A stretch of 64,000 bases of DNA, taken from Nonlabens sp. Hel1_33_55. Its GTDB lineage: Bacteria > Bacteroidota > Bacteroidia > Flavobacteriales > Flavobacteriaceae. The translations under genes and the position numbers were made by a program. Of this stretch, positions 36,801 to 44,689 are shown piece after piece (the first letter of the stretch is position 1; every line of letters starts with the position of its first letter). Where the stretch lies: the NCBI RefSeq assembly GCF_900101765.1, contig NZ_LT627735.1:2331344-2395343 (forward strand). Reading direction: 5' to 3'. Under the pieces are notes generated by a model. That model ran no database searches. It saw only the letters and a list, made by a program, of their open reading frames with translations, and was not told the origin of the DNA.

Positions 36801-38875
36801 TTTTAAGCGTTTTATTACACAAACATCATGATCTAGGCTTGCTCACATATGATCCAAACACGAGAGCAAAAGCGCAGTTTTTTTGGAACAGTTTAGAGCA
36901 GTCGCAACGTTCCAACCTCAACCGTATTTTAAAAAGTGCTGGCGAGGTGTTATCTGTTTTTCCAGATAGTAAAGAGTATGATTTTATTGTGGAGGAATTG
37001 GCTGATGAGATTTTTAAAGCCAATAGTGCAAACAAGACCGACTTCGACAAGCTCAGTCTGACAAAGGAAAAAACACCAAGCGATGTCACGTTGAGCCTGT
37101 CGAAACGGAGTTTAGATTCTATAAAGCATAATTCCAACTCGACTGCTGGAAACGAACACCAAATCGCTGAATATCTATTCAATGAACTAAAAGACAACGA
37201 TCATTTTACTGTAAGTACGAGTGCTATTCAGTTAAAGGAAGCTTTTGAGAAAAAAATAAAATCTCAAAATGCCGATTTGAAATTCAAGAAAAGTCTAGAA
37301 GCCTGTGAGGACGAGAAGTCTAAAGTAGAACTGGTGAGACATTGGGTTTCTGCTTTCGCGAAAGCGGAATCAAAACAAGCTTTATTGCCCTATACAAACG
37401 AATGTGTTGCTAACATCCTCTACGGAAAACTGACTGCCGATAAAACGGTAGCAATATCGCCTGTGGAAACAATTACAGGATTAAAAGGATCGCATGGAAC
37501 GATCAACGAAAGTGAATTTGTATTCAATTACCACGAGTTTGTGAACGTTTTGGAGCATTTTACTACTGTAAAAGTGCCAGCTTATGAAACCTTTAGAAAA
37601 GCAAAACATCAAGTAACTGAAGAGTTAAAAGAATCGTTGCGATTGGAAGAATTCAAGCCACGAGTGCTAAGCTCATTTGTGCGTAACAAATTGATCGACC
37701 AAGTATATTTCCCATTGATAGGCGATAATCTGGCCAAACAATTAGGAACCGTAGGCGATACGAAACGTACCGACCGAATGGGATTGTTGCTCTTGATATC
37801 ACCACCAGGTTATGGTAAAACCACCTTGATGGAATACATGGCTAACCGGTTGGGCTTGATTTTTATGAAAATCAACGGTCCAGCTATAGGTCACGATATT
37901 ACCTCTGTAGATCCAGAAGCTGCTTCTAATGCGGCAACTCGTGAAGAACTCAAAAAGCTGAATCTTGCTTTTGAAATGGGTGATAACGTGATGTTATATC
38001 TGGATGATATCCAGCACTGTAATCCCGAGTTTTTACAAAAGTTCATCAGTCTGTCTGATGGAACACGTAAGATTGAAGGAGTTTATAATGGCAAGCCTAA
38101 AACCTATGATCTACGTAGTAAGAAATTCTGCGTGATCATGGCTGGTAATCCTTATACAGAAAGCGGAGATAAATTCCAGATTCCAGACATGCTTGCCAAC
38201 CGTGCAGATATTTATAATCTTGGAGATATCATAGGCGATACGGCTCATTTGTTTGAACTAAGTCTGGTTGAAAATGCATTAACGAGCAATCCAGTATTAC
38301 AACAGTTAAGTAACAAGCACTTTGATGATGTATATGCCTTAATCGATCGAGTTCAAAATGGCGCCAGCGATAACGAACTCAAAGGAAACCACAGCAACCA
38401 AGAAATAGCCGACTATGTCGCTGTCCTAGAAAAGGTATTGAAGATACGGGATACGGTTCTTAAAGTAAATGAAGCGTACATCGCCAGCGCAGGAATGGAA
38501 GATGCTTATCGTACGGAGCCTTCTTTCAAACTACAAGGTTCTTATCGTGATATGAATAAACTGGTCGCTAAAGTTGTTCCTATCATGGATGATAAAGAGT
38601 TACAAACTCTCCTATCATCACACTATGAAAGTGAATCACAAACCTTAACCAGCGCTGCAGAAGCAAACTTGTTGAAATACAAAGAACTGGTAAGCACCAT
38701 AAAACCAAAAGAGCAAGAACGATGGACAGCCATCAAAGAAATTTTTGCAAAAAATAACAAGCTGAACGGTCTAGGTGGGCAAAATCAAATGTCTCAAGTA
38801 TTGAATCAGATGATGGATTTTACTGAAAATCTAGAGGGAATAAAAGAGGTGTTGAAGAAAGGGTTAGCTAAGTAA
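33863..38875 (+). CDS. Giant multidomain protein (1670 aa) with C-terminal AAA+ ATPase module (MoxR/AAA_5-like)
   Basis: Continuous ORF. Walker A LLLLISPPGYGKTTL, Walker B VMLYLDDIQHCNPE, sensor-1 FCVIMAGNPYT and arginine ANRADIYNL at about aa 1300-1450. The N-terminal 1250 aa comprise a coiled coil, a beta-rich region and long helical arrays. It contains an in-frame copy of the repeat family at 37041-37107. Confidence 0.6.
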   Translation: MADKELKDTTQLDSGTYEIIQSRLLKQKNDLQQRLHALNEERKKVFGSLETRLIANDRVNTENNCIARDIVTIGKNSIFGYNVHFGLRTEINLSDVFSIYEFDREGKDGDALRFRDLPAGRQEAGSSLELIEDPIFQTDFENLYKYYRNTIFSKFAIIGNYLHMVFQLSDSVTDIKTFKWLIKENELQYVDNRSEHEYRFPAQYGFQWKEAGRDNQRAGKHGHVSILDKVFVETIGGDLTIKVEDNTDDGQGIYREDVEHRDQTLDDGQYRYADLGNLIVLEIKPFQEEPRHFVYNHKIKEVEKIDSIAQAAVLLPDEQGIIFPSGYYLQTGEYNVFPSDAGKLKFQQKIASPNGEDHLYVFYNAAQGLYVLMSYNVIDQSVKTPIVCNGFTILEQGELCYFRNGDEQTKHHMMQIWQTPYLKGDIVPSEHQDTMLYKIGNKDIVKAMAEANELLTLLNKEDSYGGLYDDIARASKDILDAYYWLPEEETKQINLPLGEINKASNAAIDEFEKVKQMRKQAAAETKDISKKAETLFSKIKSTSFKSINDFVELLTQLRSLRGEAIGLYEIRYVDTDFIKGIEDQIVEQNEVISRRAVTFLLDDKALAPYHEAVAEKQKALDATKKVIEIKNLEKEVNQIAEDLELLIEIVSNLDIEDTSHSTKIIENISLIFATINQVKAAIKNKVKIVGKKEAQADFAAQLKLIDQSIINYLDIANTPEKCDEFLTKISIQLEELEGKFADYDEYITEIIAKREEVYAAFDNRKSSLIEARNKKAISYQNAAERIIKGVQKRAQSLDSATEINGYFASDLMINKVRDIIAQLKDLEDAGKAEAIETALKVAREDALRKLKDKNELYEDGDNIIKLGKHKFGVNKQQLDLTIVFKDNALFYHLTGTDFYQELHNEILTQSKGIWNQELVSENSEVYRAAYLAYSIFKTGDKEALRMMSPTDLLLRVQEIASGNYSGGYVKGVHDHDTAQILSVLLHKHHDLGLLTYDPNTRAKAQFFWNSLEQSQRSNLNRILKSAGEVLSVFPDSKEYDFIVEELADEIFKANSANKTDFDKLSLTKEKTPSDVTLSLSKRSLDSIKHNSNSTAGNEHQIAEYLFNELKDNDHFTVSTSAIQLKEAFEKKIKSQNADLKFKKSLEACEDEKSKVELVRHWVSAFAKAESKQALLPYTNECVANILYGKLTADKTVAISPVETITGLKGSHGTINESEFVFNYHEFVNVLEHFTTVKVPAYETFRKAKHQVTEELKESLRLEEFKPRVLSSFVRNKLIDQVYFPLIGDNLAKQLGTVGDTKRTDRMGLLLLISPPGYGKTTLMEYMANRLGLIFMKINGPAIGHDITSVDPEAASNAATREELKKLNLAFEMGDNVMLYLDDIQHCNPEFLQKFISLSDGTRKIEGVYNGKPKTYDLRSKKFCVIMAGNPYTESGDKFQIPDMLANRADIYNLGDIIGDTAHLFELSLVENALTSNPVLQQLSNKHFDDVYALIDRVQNGASDNELKGNHSNQEIADYVAVLEKVLKIRDTVLKVNEAYIASAGMEDAYRTEPSFKLQGSYRDMNKLVAKVVPIMDDKELQTLLSSHYESESQTLTSAAEANLLKYKELVSTIKPKEQERWTAIKEIFAKNNKLNGLGGQNQMSQVLNQMMDFTENLEGIKEVLKKGLAK
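37041..37107. repeat. MITE-like element (arm pair in opposite arrangement) embedded in-frame in the giant ORF
   Basis: CTTCGACAAGCTCAGTCTGACA ... GATGTCACGTTGAGCCTGTCGAAACGG; translated as ...DFDKLSLTKEKTPSDVTLSLSKRS... Confidence 0.65.
37351..37366. repeat. 16-bp palindrome, 15/16 copy in the giant ORF (AFAKA)
   Basis: TGCTTTCGCGAAAGCG. Confidence 0.8.
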
Positions 38876-38913
38876 ATATTGGTCTAATTTGATCATTATC
38901 ACTTTAGAAATTA

Positions 38914-38953
38914 AAAAAGCCATCACAATTCAGTTGTGATGGCTTTTTCTTTT
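38914..38953 (+). terminator. Rho-independent terminator after the giant gene
   Basis: AAAAGCCATCACAA-TTCAG-TTGTGATGGCTTTTTCTTTT. Confidence 0.7.
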
Positions 38954-39234
38954 ATATCCTCTATACATCTTAAAGAGACTCAATCGCCTTAGTCGCTTTT
39001 TTTATACTCGCTTCTTTAGATTGACTAGTAAGATCAGCGGCAATAATTTTGACATCGTTAGTTATTTAAGAGCCGAGAAAAAGGCTTCACATAACAAGCT
39101 ATTAATCAACATTACTTCCAACTGACGCGCACTTATAAAATATACGCAATCAATTAAACAAGCGATCATCAAATCATTTTCACAATTTTTTAGCCTTGTC
39201 TAAAAAAAGATTTATACAAACCAAATTAATATTT

Positions 39235-39242
39235 TACCTTTG
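39235..39242 (+). promoter_or_regulatory. Candidate -7 promoter box TAccTTTG (leaderless dtxR-family transcript)
   Basis: Matches TAnnTTTG and ends 5 bp before the ATG at 39247, which would give a leaderless mRNA. Confidence 0.3.
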
Positions 39243-39246
39243 TCGT

Positions 39247-39903
39247 ATGCATTCAGTATCAGAGGAAAACTATATTAAGGCCATCTATCATCTTCAAAAA
39301 GGAACTGCGCTAGTTTCTACTAATGAGATTGCTGGAGAAATGAATACTAAGGCTTCCTCGGTTACGGATATGCTTAAAAGGCTGGCAGATAAAAATCTAG
39401 CAGAATACATTCCTTATAAAGGCTCGCGACTCACAAAGAGCGGCATCGATTGTGCCAACCAGATCGTTAGAAAGCATCGGCTTTGGGAGGTTTTTCTGGT
39501 AGAAAAGCTAGATTTCACTTGGGATGAGGTTCATGATGTGGCAGAACAGCTGGAACATATCCAGTCTCGCAAACTCATTGATGAACTGGATAAGCACTTG
39601 GGCTTTCCCAGAAAGGATCCGCATGGCGATCCTATTCCTGACCGAGATGGGAATTATGAAGAGGTCCAACAAATCCAATTATCAAAACTTACCAAGGGTG
39701 ATCAGGGAACCATCACTGGCGTTATCGATACGTCCAGTAGTTTTTTAAAATATTTGGATAAGCACCAGATAGAGTTGGGCAGTCATATCGAGGTCTTGGA
39801 ACGTGAAGAATTTGACGGGTCCTTCGTTATTAAAACCGATTATAAAACTCTACACATTTCACAGGCGATCGCAAACAATATTTATTTAAACTCCCAATCA
39901 TGA
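39247..39903 (+). CDS. DtxR/MntR-family metal-dependent transcriptional regulator with FeoA-like C-terminal domain
   Basis: The N-terminus MHSVSEENYIKAIYHL...SSVTDMLKRLADKNL is a DtxR HTH, followed by a metal-binding/dimerisation domain and a C-terminal SH3-like domain. Confidence 0.75.
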   Translation: MHSVSEENYIKAIYHLQKGTALVSTNEIAGEMNTKASSVTDMLKRLADKNLAEYIPYKGSRLTKSGIDCANQIVRKHRLWEVFLVEKLDFTWDEVHDVAEQLEHIQSRKLIDELDKHLGFPRKDPHGDPIPDRDGNYEEVQQIQLSKLTKGDQGTITGVIDTSSSFLKYLDKHQIELGSHIEVLEREEFDGSFVIKTDYKTLHISQAIANNIYLNSQS

Positions 39904-40640
39904 AAAAGTGGGCGTATTTCATGATGACTAGCTTTACGGCCTCAGGTTTTGCGCAAGAACTCATAGAGCCTGCGACAACCATGAATACTGGTGAATTTCA
40001 AGCACAGATTGCTGTGATCTATACAGAAAATAGTGAGTTCCGCTTTCGCGAAAGCGTACTAACCTACAACAATACCCTACTACTTTATGGCATTTTTCCT
40101 CATATGGAATTGCGTCTGGGAATTGATGTCAACTCCTCAGAAACCACGGATGGCGGCGCTAGGATAGGTGATAGAACTAGCGGTACAACGCCTTTACAGA
40201 TAGGTGCTAAATATCGCTTTTTCCAGCAGACTGAATCCACTCCGGAGATATCAGTCATGAGTCACGTATTTCTGCCACTTACGGCTAGTTCTGACAACAA
40301 ACCAAACTATACTGGATATGATCTCTGGGTTCTAGGATTACATCAAATCAACGATCAACATGCCGTCCGTGTTAATATAGGAGCGGCTACTGGTGGAGAT
40401 TCAAGAGGTATTTTGCCATTATATATTCTGGCCCACAACTGGCTACCCTTTGGGAAATGGGGTTTGAATACTGAAGTATATGGCGAATTTCCATCAAATG
40501 AATCATCCAAACATTTCTTTGACGTTGGTATTAGCTACTTTTTTAGACCTACGGTTCAGCTAGACCTCAACGCTGGTCGTGGCATCAACAATAACCAATC
40601 GATTCTCGCCAGCATGAGACTCACTTATACTATTATTTGA
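39900..40640 (+). CDS. Outer membrane beta-barrel protein (putative metal-uptake porin), first gene of the metal ABC operon
   Basis: Signal peptide, alternating beta-strand pattern and C-terminal aromatic residues. The ATGA overlap with the dtxR stop suggests translational coupling. Confidence 0.4.
   Translation: MKKWAYFMMTSFTASGFAQELIEPATTMNTGEFQAQIAVIYTENSEFRFRESVLTYNNTLLLYGIFPHMELRLGIDVNSSETTDGGARIGDRTSGTTPLQIGAKYRFFQQTESTPEISVMSHVFLPLTASSDNKPNYTGYDLWVLGLHQINDQHAVRVNIGAATGGDSRGILPLYILAHNWLPFGKWGLNTEVYGEFPSNESSKHFFDVGISYFFRPTVQLDLNAGRGINNNQSILASMRLTYTII
40041..40056. repeat. 16-bp palindrome (perfect), in the OM barrel CDS (RFRES)
   Basis: Exact match. Confidence 0.95.
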
Positions 40641-41551
40641 ATATGAAACATGGAATTTTAATTATCATAACCTTAATACTAGTATCCTGTGGTGGTCCCA
40701 AGGCAAGTGATGGAAAGTTACAAGTTGTTACCACAACAACCATGATTACTGATATGGTCAAAAACATAGGCGGCGACAAAATTGATGTCCAAGGATTGAT
40801 GGGTAGCGGCGTCGATCCACACTTATATAAGGCAAGTGAAGGTGATGTATCTAAGCTCTTCAACGCAGACCTCATCATTTATAACGGGCTGCATCTAGAA
40901 GGAAAATTGGTCGAAGTGTTCGAAAAAATGAATGCGCAGGGAAAAAACACATTGGCGATTAGTGATGCGCTTGATAAAAGCACGTTGATAGGTAGCGAGT
41001 ATTTTGCCAGTAGCTACGATCCGCATATTTGGTTTGATGTAGATTACTGGAAGTCAATGACAATCTATATTACCCAACAATTGTCAGACCTAGACCCAGA
41101 AAATGCGGAAACCTATAAAGCCAACAACGATGCCTACTTAGCAACTATTGATCAATTGGAAAATGATCTCAAAGCAACCATAGAGCAATTACCAGCAGAG
41201 AAGAGAATCCTTGTAACCGCCCATGATGCATTTAATTACTTTGGTAGAAAATTTGGTTTTGAGGTGGTTGGATTACAAGGACTTTCTACAGCAACCGAAG
41301 CTGGTGTGCAAGATGTCCAGCGCATTACTCAATTCATTATCGATAATCAAGTCAAAGCCGTTTTTATAGAAAGTAGCGTACCGCGACGTACGGTTGAAGC
41401 ATTGCAGGCAGCGGTACGTGCCCAAAGTCAAGAGGTACAAATAGGTGGAGAGTTATATAGCGATGCCTTAGGAAGTGCTGGCACACCTGAAGGCACCTAC
41501 GTTGGAATGTATCGCCATAACGTAGAAACCATAGTTAACGCACTGAAATAA
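40637..41551 (+). CDS. Metal (Mn/Zn) ABC transporter substrate-binding protein, TroA/ZnuA family
   Basis: Lipoprotein signal (LVSCGG); cluster-9 SBP motifs ([22 protein letters not shown] ... PHIWFD). Confidence 0.8.
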   Translation: MNMKHGILIIITLILVSCGGPKASDGKLQVVTTTTMITDMVKNIGGDKIDVQGLMGSGVDPHLYKASEGDVSKLFNADLIIYNGLHLEGKLVEVFEKMNAQGKNTLAISDALDKSTLIGSEYFASSYDPHIWFDVDYWKSMTIYITQQLSDLDPENAETYKANNDAYLATIDQLENDLKATIEQLPAEKRILVTAHDAFNYFGRKFGFEVVGLQGLSTATEAGVQDVQRITQFIIDNQVKAVFIESSVPRRTVEALQAAVRAQSQEVQIGGELYSDALGSAGTPEGTYVGMYRHNVETIVNALK

Positions 41552-42288
41552 TGGAAGAAAAGATAGCAGTAGCGGTAGATGATTTAACGGTAGCCTACAA
41601 TTATAAGCCTGTGTTATGGGACATAGATTTATCCATCCCAGAAGGCGTTCTTATGGCCATCGTTGGTCCGAATGGTGCAGGAAAATCGACGCTGATAAAA
41701 TCCATTTTGGGAATCATTGATCCTATTGCTGGGTCTGTGGCAATTTATGGGAAACCCTATAGCAAACAACGCGATAAAGTAGCCTACGTACCACAAAAAG
41801 GTAGCGTGGATTGGGATTTCCCTACGACAGCGCTGGATGTGGTAATGATGGGAACTTATGGCTCTCTGGGCTGGATCAAGCGCCCAGGTGCCAAAGAAAA
41901 AAAACAGGCGCTGGAAGCATTGGAAAAAGTTGGAATGCTGGCATTTAAAAGTAGACAAATCAGCCAATTGAGTGGTGGACAGCAACAGCGTATTTTCCTT
42001 GCCAGAGCATTAGTGCAGAACGCTGCGATCTATTTCATGGACGAACCTTTCCAAGGTGTGGATGCAACCACTGAAATCGCCATTATCAACATCCTCAAAG
42101 AATTACGTAAGGCAGGAAAAACGGTCATCGTCGTACATCATGATTTACAGACCGTTCCGGAATATTTTGACTGGGTGACTTTTTTAAATGTAAAACACAT
42201 TGCTACGGGACCAGTGAAAGATATTTTCAACGATGATAACCTGACTAAAACTTATGGTATTAATTATAAAGTAGCAGTGCAGCAATAA
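41551..42288 (+). CDS. Metal ABC transporter ATP-binding protein
   Basis: Walker [10 protein letters not shown], signature LSGGQQQR, Walker [13 protein letters not shown]. Confidence 0.85.
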   Translation: MEEKIAVAVDDLTVAYNYKPVLWDIDLSIPEGVLMAIVGPNGAGKSTLIKSILGIIDPIAGSVAIYGKPYSKQRDKVAYVPQKGSVDWDFPTTALDVVMMGTYGSLGWIKRPGAKEKKQALEALEKVGMLAFKSRQISQLSGGQQQRIFLARALVQNAAIYFMDEPFQGVDATTEIAIINILKELRKAGKTVIVVHHDLQTVPEYFDWVTFLNVKHIATGPVKDIFNDDNLTKTYGINYKVAVQQ

Positions 42289-42291
42289 TAT

Positions 42292-42307
42292 CGCTTTCGC
42301 GAAAGCG
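42292..42307. repeat. 16-bp palindrome (perfect), intergenic inside the metal ABC operon
   Basis: Exact match. Confidence 0.95.
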
Positions 42308-42335
42308 GAAAAACTCAAGAAATAATAAAGAGCAG

Positions 42336-42356
42336 ATGCTGAAATGAATTCAGCAT
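42336..42356. other. Conserved hairpin ATGCTGAA-ATGAA-TTCAGCAT
   Basis: Same loop and inner stem as the 20862 hairpin; lies within the operon between the ATPase and permease genes. Confidence 0.4.
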
Positions 42357-42395
42357 GACAGAAACGGGAACTTGGAACTTTAAAACCAACAATTA

Positions 42396-43508
42396 GTGGA
42401 CATTACGCAATACTTTACGGATTACACTTTACGTACCATTACGCTGGGAACAGCCGTGCTGGGTGCGATCTGTGGTATGCTGGGAAGTTTTGCGGTGTTA
42501 CGCAAACAAAGCTTATTGGGTGATGCGATTTCGCACGCTGCCTTACCAGGAATAGCGATTGCGTTTCTCATCACTGGTGCTAAAGATTCCAATGTATTGT
42601 TATTAGGTGCCCTCGTCAGCGGTTTAATAGGTGTCTGGTGGATTCGTGGGATCACCACTAAAACACATTTAAAAACCGATACCGCTTTGGGCTTAATTTT
42701 AAGTCTGTTTTTTGGGTTTGGGATGTTGTTGTTGACCTACATCCAAAAACAGCCCAATGCCAATCAAGCTGGATTGGACAAATATTTATTTGGTCAAGCG
42801 GCAACCTTAGTGGAAAGTGATGTCATCATGATGAGCATTGTTACTGGTATCAGTTTATTAGTGATGCTGCTGTTTTGGAAGGAGTTTAAGCTATTACTGT
42901 TTGATAAAAACTATGCCATGACTTTGGGTTTCAATACCAAGTTTATTGATGGCTTGATCAGCTTCTTTATTGTTTTGGCGATTGTCATAGGATTACAAAC
43001 CGTTGGTGTTGTTTTGATGAGTGCGATGCTGCTCGCGCCTGCAGCTGCAGCAAGACAGTGGACCAATAGTTTGAGTGTGATGGTGTTGCTTGCGGCGATT
43101 TTCGGAATGTTTTCTGGTGTATTTGGTACTGCTATTAGTGCAAGTCAGCCTAATGTTTCAACGGGTCCGGTAATTGTTCTGGTAGCAGCCGTATTTGTCG
43201 CTGTTTCATTTATATTTTCTCCTGGTCGTGGAATACTATTTAAACAATTACGATTGCTGCGCAATCGTCGTGAGCTTGAGCTACAAAAAACGTTGTACTT
43301 CATGTACACAATTGTAAGAGAACATGAAGATATCTCAAGACCTCACGCCATTAGAATTTTAAATAATTTTCAGGGATTTACTAAAAATACGTTGTCCCAA
43401 TTAGAACACAAGCATTGGATTGAAATCAGCGGTAACCAATGGTCACTAACCAATTCTGGATTTGAAACCGCTTCTAATTTGTATAATACCAATATCCCAG
43501 AATCATGA
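42396..43508 (+). CDS. Metal ABC transporter permease with C-terminal winged-helix-like extension
   Basis: ABC-3 permease core plus a cytoplasmic tail of about 90 aa (LRNRRELELQKTLYFMYTIVREHEDISRPHAIRIL...). Confidence 0.75.
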   Translation: MDITQYFTDYTLRTITLGTAVLGAICGMLGSFAVLRKQSLLGDAISHAALPGIAIAFLITGAKDSNVLLLGALVSGLIGVWWIRGITTKTHLKTDTALGLILSLFFGFGMLLLTYIQKQPNANQAGLDKYLFGQAATLVESDVIMMSIVTGISLLVMLLFWKEFKLLLFDKNYAMTLGFNTKFIDGLISFFIVLAIVIGLQTVGVVLMSAMLLAPAAAARQWTNSLSVMVLLAAIFGMFSGVFGTAISASQPNVSTGPVIVLVAAVFVAVSFIFSPGRGILFKQLRLLRNRRELELQKTLYFMYTIVREHEDISRPHAIRILNNFQGFTKNTLSQLEHKHWIEISGNQWSLTNSGFETASNLYNTNIPES

Positions 43509-44662
43509 ATCCGTCGATAGAGATACAGCTTATTGCCGCCGTCACTGCTGCTGCCTGTGCGATTCCAGGTGTGTTCTTGGTATTGCGTAAAATGGCACTT
43601 ATCAGTGATGCGATCAGTCATTCCATTTTGCCTGGAATCGTGATTGGTTTCATGATTACTCAAGATCTCGCGTCGCCGTGGTTGATCCTTCTCGCAGCTG
43701 TCAGCGGAATTATCACAGTAGTTCTAGTAGAAATGATTCAGAAAACAGGACTGGTCAAAGAGGATACCGCAATAGGCCTAGTATTTCCCGCACTGTTTAG
43801 TATAGGTGTAATACTGATCGCGCAAAATGCTAATGATGTTCACCTTGATGTGGATGCGGTATTGTTAGGCGAATTAGCTTTTGCACCTTTTGATCGACTT
43901 TATATAGACAGTATTGACGCTGGACCTAAAGCACTATGGGTAATTTCTACCATTCTAGTGATCACCATAGGTTTATTACTAGCCTTTTATAAAGAATTAA
44001 AGTTGAGCACCTTTGACATCGGGCTTTCTTCGGCGTTAGGATTCTCGCCTGTAATATTACATTATGGATTGATGAGTGTAGCTTCTGTAACTACCGTAGC
44101 TGCTTTTGATGCCGTTGGTGCTATTCTGGTGGTTGCCCTTATGATAACTCCAGCGGCAGCCGCATATTTATTGACAACAGACTTGAAAAAGATGCTGGTG
44201 CTGTCACTTCTTTTTGGAGTTGGTAGTGCCATAGGTGGATATTGGTTTGCAAGATGGTTGGATGCCTCTATATCGGGATCTATTACAACTGTTTTGGGAT
44301 TATTATTTCTTGCGATCTATCTTTTTGCTCCCAGTAAAGGTCTGATCGCTGTACTGTTACGTCAGAATCGTCAACGCAAAGAAGTTTCCCTGCTCACTTT
44401 TTTATTACACCTCAATAATCATGATAGTTTAGAAGAACGTAACGTGGCTCACTTACAAGAACATATCAACTGGCATCATGTAAGAGCCAAATCCGTTCTA
44501 GATCTTGCAGTCCAAAATAACCTGATCACGATTGAAAATCAATTGGTTTCTCTGACCAATAAAGGCCTTGAGTTCACGGAAAAAGCTTTGGAATATATTA
44601 TCACCAACAAGGACGAAAAAATCGAAGACATGAAAAATGACTTCTTCCTATTTAGGGGTTGA
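43505..44662 (+). CDS. Metal ABC transporter permease (second), with C-terminal extension
   Basis: ABC-3 permease core plus a C-terminal domain of about 100 aa (LRQNRQRKEVSLLTFLLHLNNHD...). Confidence 0.75.
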   Translation: MNPSIEIQLIAAVTAAACAIPGVFLVLRKMALISDAISHSILPGIVIGFMITQDLASPWLILLAAVSGIITVVLVEMIQKTGLVKEDTAIGLVFPALFSIGVILIAQNANDVHLDVDAVLLGELAFAPFDRLYIDSIDAGPKALWVISTILVITIGLLLAFYKELKLSTFDIGLSSALGFSPVILHYGLMSVASVTTVAAFDAVGAILVVALMITPAAAAYLLTTDLKKMLVLSLLFGVGSAIGGYWFARWLDASISGSITTVLGLLFLAIYLFAPSKGLIAVLLRQNRQRKEVSLLTFLLHLNNHDSLEERNVAHLQEHINWHHVRAKSVLDLAVQNNLITIENQLVSLTNKGLEFTEKALEYIITNKDEKIEDMKNDFFLFRG

Positions 44663-44671
44663 TGGCAGTAA

Positions 44672-44687
44672 CGCTTTCGCGAAAGCG
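44672..44687. repeat. 16-bp palindrome (perfect), between convergent genes
   Basis: Exact match. Confidence 0.95.
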
Positions 44688-44689
44688 GA

